A stretch of DNA of 64,000 nucleotides from Candidatus Calditenuaceae archaeon (GCA_025059595.1 JANXDI010000015.1:25872-89871), one strand, 5' to 3'. Positions 27,132 through 36,399 are shown, counted from the first letter of the stretch. The notes: generated from the sequence alone by a model not told the origin. A program made the numbers and translations.

Positions 27132-28192
27132 TGCCCTCTGACCAGATTGTAAGGTTCATCCTAGACTTGGCCCCCTGGATAGCCGCCTATCTCGTGATAT
27201 CGCTGAGCCTTAACCTTGAATATGGTTTTGGCGGCATACCCAACTTCGGCAAAGTGCTTTGCGTCACGGGAGGTGCTTTCCTTATCGGCGCGCTCCCCGG
27301 TCAGCTCATAGTATCGGCCTACAATCTCGGGCAGGGGCTGAATTATTTCGACAACCACGCGCAGATAATGCCTCGTGTAAATGACTTCTTGTCGCGAGAC
27401 CCTCTTCTCTCAATAGCCCTGCTAATCTTCACGCTCGCTATGGCCATGCTTGTCGGTGGGGGGCTTGGGCTTATCTCGAGCATACCGGCCGTCCGTCTTC
27501 GAGAGGAGTATCTTGCCATGACATTACTTGCCATGGGCGAGATACTCATCCTGATTGGCGACAATTATAAAAACCTCATCGGAGGCACTTTGGGTGTTTT
27601 CGTCCCGAGCTTCCTTGGTTGGATACCTGTCCCGACGAGGAGCTACGTCCTCACTGCCATTCTTGTGGGTATAGCGGTTCTGGTTTTCGTCTTCGTTCAG
27701 CTTTTGACGAGGTCCCCTTATGGCAGGCTTCTAAGGTCCATCAGGGATGATGAGGTACTTGCGCAGGCACTAGGACGAGATATTGTGAGCGTCAAAAGAA
27801 AGACCATAATACTTGCAGGGGCCTTGGCGGGGTTGGCTGGCGCTATGCTAGCGTTGACCACGGGCGCCGTGAATGCCAAGAATTACAGCAGAGCCAACCA
27901 CACATTCATACCTTGGGTGATGGTTCTTGTCGGAGGTGCGGCGAATAATTGGGGGACGGCTCTCGGTGTCATGGTGTTCATGGTCTCGTCAAGGCTTATC
28001 GATGCCTTTAAGCGCGAGTTAGAGCTTTACCTCCCATTCGACGTCGTATGGCTGACTCCGCTACTTCTTAGTACCACGCTTCTGATAGTGATGTTTTTCA
28101 GGCCCGGCGGAATTATCCCGGAGGCCCGGACGCAGACGCTGAAGCCCAAGGAGCTAAAAGAGCTTAAAAAGTCGACCCAGCCTAAAAATTAG
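27128..28192 (+). CDS. livM: HAAT-family ABC permease (LivM-like)
   Basis: 354 aa. It overlaps livH by 4 bp and has the LivM-type TM core. Confidence 0.8.
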   Translation: MMPSDQIVRFILDLAPWIAAYLVISLSLNLEYGFGGIPNFGKVLCVTGGAFLIGALPGQLIVSAYNLGQGLNYFDNHAQIMPRVNDFLSRDPLLSIALLIFTLAMAMLVGGGLGLISSIPAVRLREEYLAMTLLAMGEILILIGDNYKNLIGGTLGVFVPSFLGWIPVPTRSYVLTAILVGIAVLVFVFVQLLTRSPYGRLLRSIRDDEVLAQALGRDIVSVKRKTIILAGALAGLAGAMLALTTGAVNAKNYSRANHTFIPWVMVLVGGAANNWGTALGVMVFMVSSRLIDAFKRELELYLPFDVVWLTPLLLSTTLLIVMFFRPGGIIPEARTQTLKPKELKELKKSTQPKN

Positions 28193-28258
28193 CTTATGAA
28201 GAAAGTTACGGCCGTGCTAGTACACTTAATAACAAGGCATCAAAAGGTCGATTAGGAG

Positions 28259-28504
28259 TTGGGGAAGATAAGGACAAGGAAGGTCAAGGTACTTGCCGCG
28301 GAGATATTCGAGAACTACCCAGACCGAGTTAAGCCTGATTATCAGTCTAATAAGACGCTGGTAGAGGAAGTTCTCATAGGGACAGTTTCACAGAGGCTAG
28401 TAAACCAAGTTGCCGGTTACCTCACTACTCTGGTTAAGAGACGTCTTAAGGAGAGCAAAGCACAAGCAGAGGCGGAGGAGCCGGCCGAGGAGGTTAACGC
28501 TTAA
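28259..28504 (+). CDS. rps17e: 30S ribosomal protein S17e
   Basis: The N-terminus MGKIRTRKVKVLAAEIFENYPDRVKPDYQSNKTLVEEV is diagnostic of eS17. Confidence 0.85.
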   Translation: MGKIRTRKVKVLAAEIFENYPDRVKPDYQSNKTLVEEVLIGTVSQRLVNQVAGYLTTLVKRRLKESKAQAEAEEPAEEVNA

Positions 28505-28550
28505 TATTTCCTCGCGGCTCAATTTTTCAGCGGAGGCCTCAGAAACATAA

Positions 28551-29642
28551 ATGAGTATTGAGGAAAGGAAGAGGGACCACATTAGAATTGCGCTGGAGAG
28601 TGAGTCGGCGCAGAGGGGCAGCAACTGGCTCGAATACGTACATATGATACCGAGAGCGGTCCCTGACATTAACGTAAACGACGTTGAAATCTCTGCTACT
28701 TTCTTGGGGAGGTGGTTTTCGGCACCTTTTTTGATCGAGGGGATGACCGGTGGGACTGAGGAGGGTGCACGGATTAATGCCGTTCTAGCTGCTGCTGCTG
28801 AGCGGGCACGCATTCCTATGGGAGTCGGAAGTCAGAGAGCTGGTATAGTGAGGCCGGAGCTCCGCTATACGTTCAGGGCTGCTCGCGAGGCGGGGCAGGG
28901 GGCTTTTCTCATAGCGAATATCGGAGCGGCGCAGTTGGTGAAGCATGGAGTTGGGTTGGCGTGGGAGGCGGTGAAGATGATAGAGGCAGACGCTCTGGCG
29001 ATTCATGTCAACTTGATACAAGAGATTATTCAGCCCGAAGGCGACCGCGAATTTAGAGGCTTCCTAAAACTCGCACGAGATGTCTGTAGGGAGATTGGAG
29101 TACCTGTAATTGTGAAGGAGGTAGGTTGCGGAATATCCTACGAAGACGCCGTCGCCCTAAAGAATATCGGAATTTCAGCCGTAGATGTTGCAGGTAAAGG
29201 AGGAACAAGCTGGATCGAAATTGAGAGGATGAGGGCGCTAGATGCCGGGAGGCACGATAGGGCACGACTGGCTGAGGTCTTTACGGACTGGGGTATTCCG
29301 ACCGCTGCGTCTGTGCTTGAAGCTGTTAAAGTTGAGGGGCTGGAGGTGGTCGGTTCGGGCGGCATTAGGAATGGCCTTGAAGTGGCTAAGCTTCTTCTTC
29401 TCGGAGCCTCGATGGGCGGGATGGCTATGCCCTTTCTCAGGGCGGCCGTCCGCGGTGTCGAGGAGGTTGAAAATCTGGTCAGACAACTCGGGGAGGAGCT
29501 GAAAGTAACCATGGCCCTTTGCGGCGCCACAAACCTTGCAGAGTTCAAGAAAACCCAGTATATCTTGACAGGGCGGTTAAGGGAGTGGGTGGAGCAGAGA
29601 GCGGCCAGTAGACTAAGCTTAGGACCCCAACCTAAATTATGA
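28551..29642 (+). CDS. fni: type 2 isopentenyl-diphosphate delta-isomerase (FMN-dependent, IDI-2)
   Basis: 363 aa with the N-terminus MSIEERKRDHIRIALE and the GIPVIVKEVGCGIS and GSGGIRNGLEVAKLLLLGASMGGMA motifs. Confidence 0.85.
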   Translation: MSIEERKRDHIRIALESESAQRGSNWLEYVHMIPRAVPDINVNDVEISATFLGRWFSAPFLIEGMTGGTEEGARINAVLAAAAERARIPMGVGSQRAGIVRPELRYTFRAAREAGQGAFLIANIGAAQLVKHGVGLAWEAVKMIEADALAIHVNLIQEIIQPEGDREFRGFLKLARDVCREIGVPVIVKEVGCGISYEDAVALKNIGISAVDVAGKGGTSWIEIERMRALDAGRHDRARLAEVFTDWGIPTAASVLEAVKVEGLEVVGSGGIRNGLEVAKLLLLGASMGGMAMPFLRAAVRGVEEVENLVRQLGEELKVTMALCGATNLAEFKKTQYILTGRLREWVEQRAASRLSLGPQPKL

Positions 29643-30504
29643 CGGGTAGACGTAAGTGATAGGCTAGATAGAGAATAACCGCAACCGCCATGTATGATGC
29701 CCAAGCCCTGAGAGAGGTCGTGATAATCTTCAACCCATCGAGAGGGCTGAAGGGTATTAGGTTTATCAGGCCCATGAGCGCGTTCAGCTGCCCCACTAGC
29801 ATTAGGGCGGTGGAGCTACTCGCATCCAAAAGATTGAGAAGAGTATACGCTATGTAGATGGTTGGTAACAATACCGCAGCCACCACCAAGTTTACAATAG
29901 GTCCGACTGCCGCTATTCTAGCAACGCTCCGCTGAGTGATATGACCGAATATCACAACGGCGCCTGGCGCGATGAATTTGATGGGTAGGAGGATTGAGAC
30001 TAAGCTGATTATGGAGCCAAAAAGGTTCAGTCTGAACCTCGCCCAGAATCCCTGCCTCAGCGCCTCCAGCTTATGAGCAATCTCATGAGCCAAAAAGGAG
30101 GCTACAACCGCCGCAACGACAAAAATTAAGAGGGGGGGCCCCAGCCAACCAGCCAGGGGATAAATCATCGAGAAAGTGACCCCCGCAACGATACAGGAAC
30201 CCGCGGCTAAGTGTAACACCTCTGACCCCTTCTCCATCGCAGTAAGTCTAGAGAGAAGCATCTCGGTCTTTAACGCCAGCATAGTCGCAGGACGGGGGGC
30301 CCCGCTCTGAGGCCTGGCCTCTCTCCTCTCAATCTCCATCATATTACGTGCGAGGTAGAGAGCCTTGCATTCATGAGCTTCTGGAAGCCTATGTTTTGAG
30401 CAGAAATAATCCCCACAGTAGGCGCACTTGAAGGGTAATACCTCCTCCGCCCCGCATTTGCTACAGCGCATCCTATATCCTTGACCAATCGTAAACTCCA
30501 TCAC
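29632..30504 (-). CDS. AN1-type zinc finger fused to an M50 (site-2 protease) family membrane metalloprotease
   Basis: The N-terminal 45 aa match ZnF-AN1 exactly (C-x2-C-x9-C-x2-C-x4-C-x2-H-x5-H-x-C: CSKCGAEEVLPFKCAYCGDYFCSKHRLPEAHEC). The membrane domain carries HEIAHKLEA (HExxH) and NLIPFSPLDG (the LDG motif of M50). Confidence 0.7.
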   Translation of the reverse strand: MMEFTIGQGYRMRCSKCGAEEVLPFKCAYCGDYFCSKHRLPEAHECKALYLARNMMEIERREARPQSGAPRPATMLALKTEMLLSRLTAMEKGSEVLHLAAGSCIVAGVTFSMIYPLAGWLGPPLLIFVVAAVVASFLAHEIAHKLEALRQGFWARFRLNLFGSIISLVSILLPIKFIAPGAVVIFGHITQRSVARIAAVGPIVNLVVAAVLLPTIYIAYTLLNLLDASSSTALMLVGQLNALMGLINLIPFSPLDGLKIITTSLRAWASYMAVAVILYLAYHLRLPVII

Positions 30505-30675
30505 CGAGCCTTAAACTTTCCCCCAATAACTGAGGTCGGTGGCCTAAAACTCCACCCCGCGGCCAGCTACGACAGTCAGGGGGGTCCCTAAAATTAGAAG
30601 CTACCCCCAAGAGAACGCAAAACCATCGGTGAAAGATACATTTATGAGTATCACGTCACTGTTCTTTGAGGAGCC

Positions 30676-31815
30676 GTGGTAACACTTACGCCTTCTTCAG
30701 GAGATAATATGGGCATCATGTTCCAGCTACTGTGGTTCCTCTTCCTCTTGACCTTCTTCTTCATCTATCCCTACTTTGGGCAGAGAACACAGCTGGCTTT
30801 TGTCCTCAGGTACATTGAGAAGAGACTCGCTATTCTCAAGCAAGTAAGGGACGAGGTCAGGGATAGGACAATCAGCACCATCAAAACATACATTGAGGGG
30901 GGCAAGGACTCCTCCTCAATTGAGAAAGAGTTAGACAATCTGATGGAGTTCTTCTATATTGCCCCAGAGTCGATGGACCCATCCGGAATAGTGTACAAGT
31001 TAGAGCATATTCTAGAGATTGGTGACTCTCGGTTTGAGGAGAGCGTAGCGAGGATGGCGCCTAGGGCTGATGTTCACCGGGTTAAGACGCTAACGAACCT
31101 AGTTGAGGTCGCCAGGGCCCTTAACTTAATCTATAGAGTCGTGAGGCATTATTATCTCTTGGGCAGAAGGACGGCGAACTATTTTCTAGCTCTTCAAATA
31201 CAGATACAGTTACCCATGATCATGGAGCTGGCTGAGTCGTATAGGCAGGCATCCTACGCTTTTCTCAAAGGTCTGCCTATAGGCGATGGGATAGGTGTCT
31301 TGTCTGCCGCGAGATTCGTCAGGGAGAGTAAGAAGATATCAGAGACCGAGATAGCCAAGGACACGTGGCTTGACGTCGTAGAGTTTGAGGGTAGGAAAGT
31401 GTTTGTGGTCCGACCAATTGGCCCCGGTGGAACAGTTGGGCGGCCTGGTGAGGCAGTTAGAAAGCTGGTCTACGAGATGGACACCAACCCTGACCTGATA
31501 ATAACTATTGATGCGGCCTTGAAGCTTGAGGGCGAGGAGACTGGGAAAATAGCTGAAGGTGTTGGAGTCGCGATAGGAGGCCCGGGAATAGACAAATTCA
31601 AAATAGAGACGCTCGCGAAGGAGAAAGGTGTTCCGCTCTACGCAATCGTGATATATCAGTCAATAATAGAGGCGATAACGCCCATGAGGGAGAACATCCT
31701 GAAGTCAGCAGACACGGTGGTGAACAGAGTGAAGGAGCTGATAAGAGACAAAGTCCCCTCAAACGGGACTGCAATCGTGGCCGGAATAGGGAACACAATA
31801 GGAGTGGGCCTTTAA
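30676..31815 (+). CDS. archaeal membrane-anchored protein, DUF1512-like (function unknown)
   Basis: 379 aa with an N-terminal TM (FQLLWFLFLLTFFFIYPYF) followed by a soluble domain. The size and architecture fit the archaea-specific DUF1512 family, and this assignment is from memory. Confidence 0.45.
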   Translation: MVTLTPSSGDNMGIMFQLLWFLFLLTFFFIYPYFGQRTQLAFVLRYIEKRLAILKQVRDEVRDRTISTIKTYIEGGKDSSSIEKELDNLMEFFYIAPESMDPSGIVYKLEHILEIGDSRFEESVARMAPRADVHRVKTLTNLVEVARALNLIYRVVRHYYLLGRRTANYFLALQIQIQLPMIMELAESYRQASYAFLKGLPIGDGIGVLSAARFVRESKKISETEIAKDTWLDVVEFEGRKVFVVRPIGPGGTVGRPGEAVRKLVYEMDTNPDLIITIDAALKLEGEETGKIAEGVGVAIGGPGIDKFKIETLAKEKGVPLYAIVIYQSIIEAITPMRENILKSADTVVNRVKELIRDKVPSNGTAIVAGIGNTIGVGL

Positions 31816-31830
31816 GGCAGTGGTCACAAC

Positions 31831-32070
31831 ATGCAAGAGAATGTGAAAGGATTCGGTCAAGAAGGCGCCTTGGCTAGGGCTAGGATTGTTCAGTTTAATC
31901 CCATCACGCAGTTAAAGTGCAAGAGCTGCAGTGCGATTCACACAAGGCCGCACAAAGATGGAGACTATATCTTCAATAGTGTAGAGGAAAAGTGTCCGAA
32001 CTGTGGAGGAACCTCACATTTGATAATAGGCATCTATGTAGAAGACCAGAAGCAGCCCAAGCCTAAGTAA
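31831..32070 (+). CDS. small zinc-ribbon protein (C-x2-C ... C-x2-C)
   Basis: 79 aa with CKSC ... CPNCGG spaced about 22 residues apart. It sits 15 bp downstream of the DUF1512-like gene. Confidence 0.45.
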   Translation: MQENVKGFGQEGALARARIVQFNPITQLKCKSCSAIHTRPHKDGDYIFNSVEEKCPNCGGTSHLIIGIYVEDQKQPKPK

Positions 32071-32099
32071 AAACCCTCAATCCTACTCTCAGCCGAACT

Positions 32100-33365
32100 T
32101 TAAGCAAGCTCCCTCTTGGCAAGAGCGGCCTCACGAGACACGTAAGAATGAGGCTCTATCCGGGCGTTAGTCAGTAGCGACCCTCTCTCTACAACAGAGT
32201 TGTCCCCGACGATGCTTACCCCAATTACAACGGTAGGCTCAGTCCTCGAGGACAAAATCTTCGCATGCCTCGCGATAATCGCATCCTGAACATAACCTCC
32301 CTCACCTACATAAACCCTGTCGTGGAGGGCGGACCTCTCAATTGTTACGCCGTCACCTATATAGCAGTAGTTATCGATGTATGCGTCACCTATGATGACG
32401 TCGTCTCCAATCTGGCAGTGCCTACCTATTAGGACATTTCCATCAACCTTTATTCTACCCTCTTTGACTTTTCTAAGAATCTCGTCTCTCCTCCTGATGG
32501 AGGCTTGGCTCTGCCCAAGTATCCAGAGCCGTGAGCTCCCGTGCTCGTAGATTGGCGGGCCGAAGAAATTATTCATCAATCCGCTGTCCATGATTCTCAT
32601 CATGGATTCAAGGTAGAGTTCGGGCGTTCCAACGTCATACCATTCTCCGCTAGTCTCGTATGCGTAGACTTTATACCCCTTCTTTATCAGGTAGGGGATG
32701 AAGTCTAGCCCAAAATCTAGACGCCGAAGAGTGGCTTTCCTCGCTCTTATGTCCGGGTCTAAGCAAATCTTCCGAGAGTCATGCGAAAACAGGTATATTC
32801 CAGTACTCGCAAGGTTTGATGGCGCTTCTTCCCGGGGGGGCTTCTCCACAAAACCACTAACCCGCATCGCTCCATCCACATCCACCACACCGTAGGCAGA
32901 CGGGTCGGAGACACGCTTCACCACCAAAGTAGCGAAAGCAGAGTTATCCTCATGATATTCTAAAAGATCTTTCAAGTCTAAGTGAAAAATATTGTCCCCT
33001 TGAGCCACAATCACAGGTGTGTTAACGTCGTAGTATTCTAGATTGATTAGAAAACTGTCCGCACTACCCACATCATCGATATTAGGCTGATATTTGATTG
33101 AAATTCTGGGAGAGATTCCGTATTTCAGCGAAATTCCGTGCCCTTCCTGAAAATAGTCGAAAAGGGACCGATAATTTATGTATCCCTTCACGCCGAAGAT
33201 GAAGTTTCTGACGCCCTGCTGGGCGAGGTGCAATATGGTGTATTCAATTAGGGGGCGTCCAAGGAATCTGATTAAAGCCTTAGAGACTTCGAGGGTGAGG
33301 GGCTGAAGCCTCTTAGCCATGCCTCCAACGGGAATGAAGGCATGAAGCTCTGAAACTTGAGCCAA
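32100..33365 (-). CDS. sugar-1-phosphate nucleotidyltransferase with a C-terminal left-handed beta-helix (hexapeptide repeats)
   Basis: 421 aa. The N-terminal NTP-transferase motif (AFIPVGGMAKRLQPLT...KALI) is followed by a C-terminal stretch of I/V/G-rich hexapeptide repeats. Confidence 0.8.
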   Translation of the reverse strand: MAQVSELHAFIPVGGMAKRLQPLTLEVSKALIRFLGRPLIEYTILHLAQQGVRNFIFGVKGYINYRSLFDYFQEGHGISLKYGISPRISIKYQPNIDDVGSADSFLINLEYYDVNTPVIVAQGDNIFHLDLKDLLEYHEDNSAFATLVVKRVSDPSAYGVVDVDGAMRVSGFVEKPPREEAPSNLASTGIYLFSHDSRKICLDPDIRARKATLRRLDFGLDFIPYLIKKGYKVYAYETSGEWYDVGTPELYLESMMRIMDSGLMNNFFGPPIYEHGSSRLWILGQSQASIRRRDEILRKVKEGRIKVDGNVLIGRHCQIGDDVIIGDAYIDNYCYIGDGVTIERSALHDRVYVGEGGYVQDAIIARHAKILSSRTEPTVVIGVSIVGDNSVVERGSLLTNARIEPHSYVSREAALAKRELA

Positions 33366-33496
33366 TCCATCATCAATTATTCACACCAAGCTTGATAAGC
33401 ATTTCCCCTAAGAGAATTAAAACCATAAATCATCCCCACTATAAAGTGTATGATGCTGCAGAAGTGAGACGGCCCAGTCCACGCGAATTAAGGAGA

Positions 33497-33841
33497 ATGC
33501 AGGAGAGAATGCTGAGCAGTCTGGGACTCTCTATGGAGGAGCTGGGCCATGCTAAACGTGTCACAATCGAGCTCGAGAGTAAAACTATAAAGATAAATGG
33601 GCCGACCGTGGTGGCTATCAACTCTCAGGCTGGAAGGATTTATCAAATTGTCGGCGGTGAGGAGGCTGAAGCCGTAGAGAGAGAGGTCGAGGAGAAGGCT
33701 GCCTATGAGCCTAGCCCAGAGGATATAGCCCTTGTCGCCGCCCAAGCGGGGGTTCAGCCGGAAGTGGCGAGGGAGGCTCTAATAGAGTCTGAAGGCGATT
33801 TAGCTCGCGCAATCATAAACCTCAAGACTAAGAGGGGATAG
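33497..33841 (+). CDS. nac: nascent polypeptide-associated complex protein (NAC alpha homolog) with a C-terminal UBA domain
   Basis: It has a NAC domain (RVTIELESKTIKINGPTVVAINSQAGRIYQIVGG) and a UBA-like tail (EDIALVAAQAGVQPEVAREALIESEGDLARAI). The listed ORF starts at 33392, but the internal ATG at 33497 (MQERM...) fits the family length. Confidence 0.85.
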   Translation: MQERMLSSLGLSMEELGHAKRVTIELESKTIKINGPTVVAINSQAGRIYQIVGGEEAEAVEREVEEKAAYEPSPEDIALVAAQAGVQPEVAREALIESEGDLARAIINLKTKRG

Positions 33842-33848
33842 AATCCCT

Positions 33849-35573
33849 TCAGGGCTTTCTTGCGAGGAGTATTGGGAGTGATTGGAGTAGGTCTTGAATC
33901 TGCTCTCTCCCATGCTGCGCCTCCAGATTATCAACCAAAACATCATCCAGGACTATTCCGCCGAGGAAATGTATGAGGGACCGTAGCTGGTCTATGCCGA
34001 GCGCAGGGATAAGTTCAAGGAAGCTATTAGAGTAGTGGTGCCTGTAGAGGGGTGTCTCGGCTCCGTGGGCTGATAGACTTGGCATTAAGGCCCTGTCGAT
34101 AGATTGTATTCTAGCGGACATCTGGCTCGGCCATCGGGAGGCTATCAACACTCTGGCCCTCAGAGAAGACACGTTGTTGGCCGCTGTCATGAGACATCTG
34201 AGGACGCGCATTAAAGATACATACAGGGTCTCGGAGTCATTAATGAGCGGCTTAAGTGCCTCAGCCAAGCCTATGGGTGCAAGGAGATTCAACAGCCTCA
34301 AGCTCGGAGCGTCTCTGTGGAGCTTGCTGAGATAATGTGTACAACGTTCCAAATATTTGCCAAGCCTACCTAGCGAAACAGCGGCCTGCTCGATGAATAT
34401 GGACTCCTCACATTCTCCGTCCTTTAAGAGCCTTAAGATGTTTATACCAATGAAAGATTGAATTCCGAAACCGCCAGGAACAGAGGACCTAATCGCGAAT
34501 TGCGTGAAAAATGTGGCACCGTCTTGATGGAGGCTATAAAGGAGCGGGTCTGATGACTTAGCTGGCAAACCTAAACTTATTCTACCAGCCCATGCGAAAC
34601 GCCTTAAGACATCGTCAATCTTAAGATTGCTCTTAAAGCTCGGCAGATGACCTCCATCCCCCCTTATCGAGAAATCGATGAGGTCATAGATACTTTCAGG
34701 AAGCCCGTAGCAGGGGTCTGGCGAAAATCTATGGCCTGACTCCCCGCCAGCCTTCACTAGGAAGTCGTTGAACACTATGCTCAGCATTCTCTGAGGAGTA
34801 CTTTCATCTCCTCCCTCTAGCGACGCGCTGAAGATATGGGTGGGGGTCATGGCCGCAGGATATAGGTCGAGCTCGCCGAGCAGGTACTGTCTCTTCAGCT
34901 GCCTCGGGAAAAGCTTTTCTACGACAAGCCTCTGAGAAAGTGTCTCGTATACGTATCGGTTGAAATATTCGCGGCTGCCCTTTTCGAGGGATTTTTGAAA
35001 CGCGGCATGGAGCATGTGTATGGGAGGGGCGGATGGCGCGATGTTTGAAGTCTTATCTATGTCAACTTTACTCATAATCAACTCGGCTCTGATGTAGTCT
35101 TCCACAAGCCAGCGGGGAATTATGTTGGCATGAAGCTCTTCAAGCCTCTTCTCAACTAAAACGCTGACCCGACGTGCGAGGTCCGCCGAGGTCTGCAGAG
35201 CCTCAGCTATGTATTCAGCCAAGACTCCTCTGTGAATGGGTTCAACTGAATAATCCCAATTCTGCACGAATACCCCACCTGATATTGACCGCCTATGGAG
35301 ATTCCTCACCATATCGAGCATGTTTTTTCCAAGCGATGTTAGCGAGTAGGTGCGCGTCTTGCTTGAATATTCGATAAGACCGGCCCGCATGAGTGTTTTG
35401 AGATGATAAGTAAATTTCCCAACGGCTCCCTGCTCTCCCAGCCTCGTGTATTTTATCAGCTCTGAGAAGCTCATCTGTGCAGTTTGCAGAGCCTCAATAA
35501 TTGAAAGCCTGATGGGTGAGGAGATTGCTTTGATTATCTGGACTATCTCGGTGTTATCATCCTCTCCTCTCAT
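33849..35573 (-). CDS. ArsR-type winged-helix protein fused to a large (about 480 aa) uncharacterised C-terminal domain
   Basis: 574 aa. The N-terminus (IVQIIKAISSPIRLSIIEALQTAQMSFSELIKYTRL...AGLIEYSSKTRTYSLTSLG) is a classic ArsR/SmtB-type wHTH. I recognise nothing in the remainder. Confidence 0.55.
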   Translation of the reverse strand: MRGEDDNTEIVQIIKAISSPIRLSIIEALQTAQMSFSELIKYTRLGEQGAVGKFTYHLKTLMRAGLIEYSSKTRTYSLTSLGKNMLDMVRNLHRRSISGGVFVQNWDYSVEPIHRGVLAEYIAEALQTSADLARRVSVLVEKRLEELHANIIPRWLVEDYIRAELIMSKVDIDKTSNIAPSAPPIHMLHAAFQKSLEKGSREYFNRYVYETLSQRLVVEKLFPRQLKRQYLLGELDLYPAAMTPTHIFSASLEGGDESTPQRMLSIVFNDFLVKAGGESGHRFSPDPCYGLPESIYDLIDFSIRGDGGHLPSFKSNLKIDDVLRRFAWAGRISLGLPAKSSDPLLYSLHQDGATFFTQFAIRSSVPGGFGIQSFIGINILRLLKDGECEESIFIEQAAVSLGRLGKYLERCTHYLSKLHRDAPSLRLLNLLAPIGLAEALKPLINDSETLYVSLMRVLRCLMTAANNVSSLRARVLIASRWPSQMSARIQSIDRALMPSLSAHGAETPLYRHHYSNSFLELIPALGIDQLRSLIHFLGGIVLDDVLVDNLEAQHGREQIQDLLQSLPILLARKP

Positions 35574-35673
35574 AACCGAGCTTCATAGAGCGTGTCCACG
35601 TCTAAAGCTTTTACTAGCCTTTCGGCGCGATACCTTAAATTACCCCCTGCCGAAAAATAAGGCGCGGAAGGGC

Positions 35674-35747
35674 GGGCCCGTAGCTCAGCCAGGTGGAGCG
35701 GCCGGCTCATAACCGGTAGGTCGTGGGTTCGAATCCCACCGGGCCCA
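35674..35747 (+). tRNA. tRNA-Met (anticodon CAT; G1:C72, so elongator-type, and tRNA-Ile2 (CAU to agmatidine) cannot be excluded)
   Basis: The sequence folds as a cloverleaf: acceptor GGGCCCG/CGGGCCC, D arm TAGCTCAGCCAGGTGGAGCG, anticodon loop CTCATAA and T arm GTGGGTTCGAATCCCAC. CCA is not encoded. An A/T box lies about 15-20 bp upstream. Confidence 0.85.
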
Positions 35748-35850
35748 ACATTCACACTGCACGGCATGGTTTTCAGAGAAACAACACTCCGAAACGAGTT
35801 TTCTAATAGCTAGCGAATTCGGTTGAAAGCTGTGGAAATTTGCTGAGATG

Positions 35851-36399
35851 TTATTGAGGCTGTTTGCTTCTCCACCTCATGATGAAGCCGAGGCCTCCCG
35901 AGATTGCTCCTGCCGCGAGAATCAGTATGAATATTGTAATCCATAGCGGGTATCCGAGTGGAATTCCGTAGAAGATGTTTGTATGGACCTGTCCCGGGTT
36001 CCATCCCCGTCCGCCCACTTCGGGCGGGAGCATCGCTGCTCCACCCAGATAGCCTCCCAGCATCATCAGCCACGTCGCGCCCACGACACCTACGTTCATC
36101 AGAATTAGGTGGACCCAGGCTAGCTTTTCGGCCAGACCCGAGTAGGGCTTTTCAAGTACAGATTCGATGTAATTGTAGAATAGGGCTGTCACAGCTACAC
36201 CCATCACACCCACTATAAGGTATGTGAGGTATCCCATGGTGAACCACATGCCTGCCGAGCCGAATGCTATGACCCTGCTCGGCTCCGGTCTCAGAAAGAA
36301 AATCTGCCCGACTACGATGTAGAGGGTTATTAATGTGGCTAGCGCTCCTTGGATGATTGCGGCTCCTATGAACCTTGAAGCCCATTTACTAACTTTCAT
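35851..36399 (-). CDS. small polytopic membrane protein (about 5 TM), unknown function
   Basis: 182 aa and hydrophobic throughout. It is transcribed divergently from hppA. Confidence 0.5.
   Translation of the reverse strand: MKVSKWASRFIGAAIIQGALATLITLYIVVGQIFFLRPEPSRVIAFGSAGMWFTMGYLTYLIVGVMGVAVTALFYNYIESVLEKPYSGLAEKLAWVHLILMNVGVVGATWLMMLGGYLGGAAMLPPEVGGRGWNPGQVHTNIFYGIPLGYPLWITIFILILAAGAISGGLGFIMRWRSKQPQ

Noticed and set aside
28397-29704. A dense stack of antisense and out-of-frame ORFs (60-190 aa) overlapping the IDI-2 gene
   Set aside because: These are typical spurious open frames in GC-rich coding sequence. IDI-2 on the + strand is full-length with all motifs, and none of the antisense frames has a recognisable motif.
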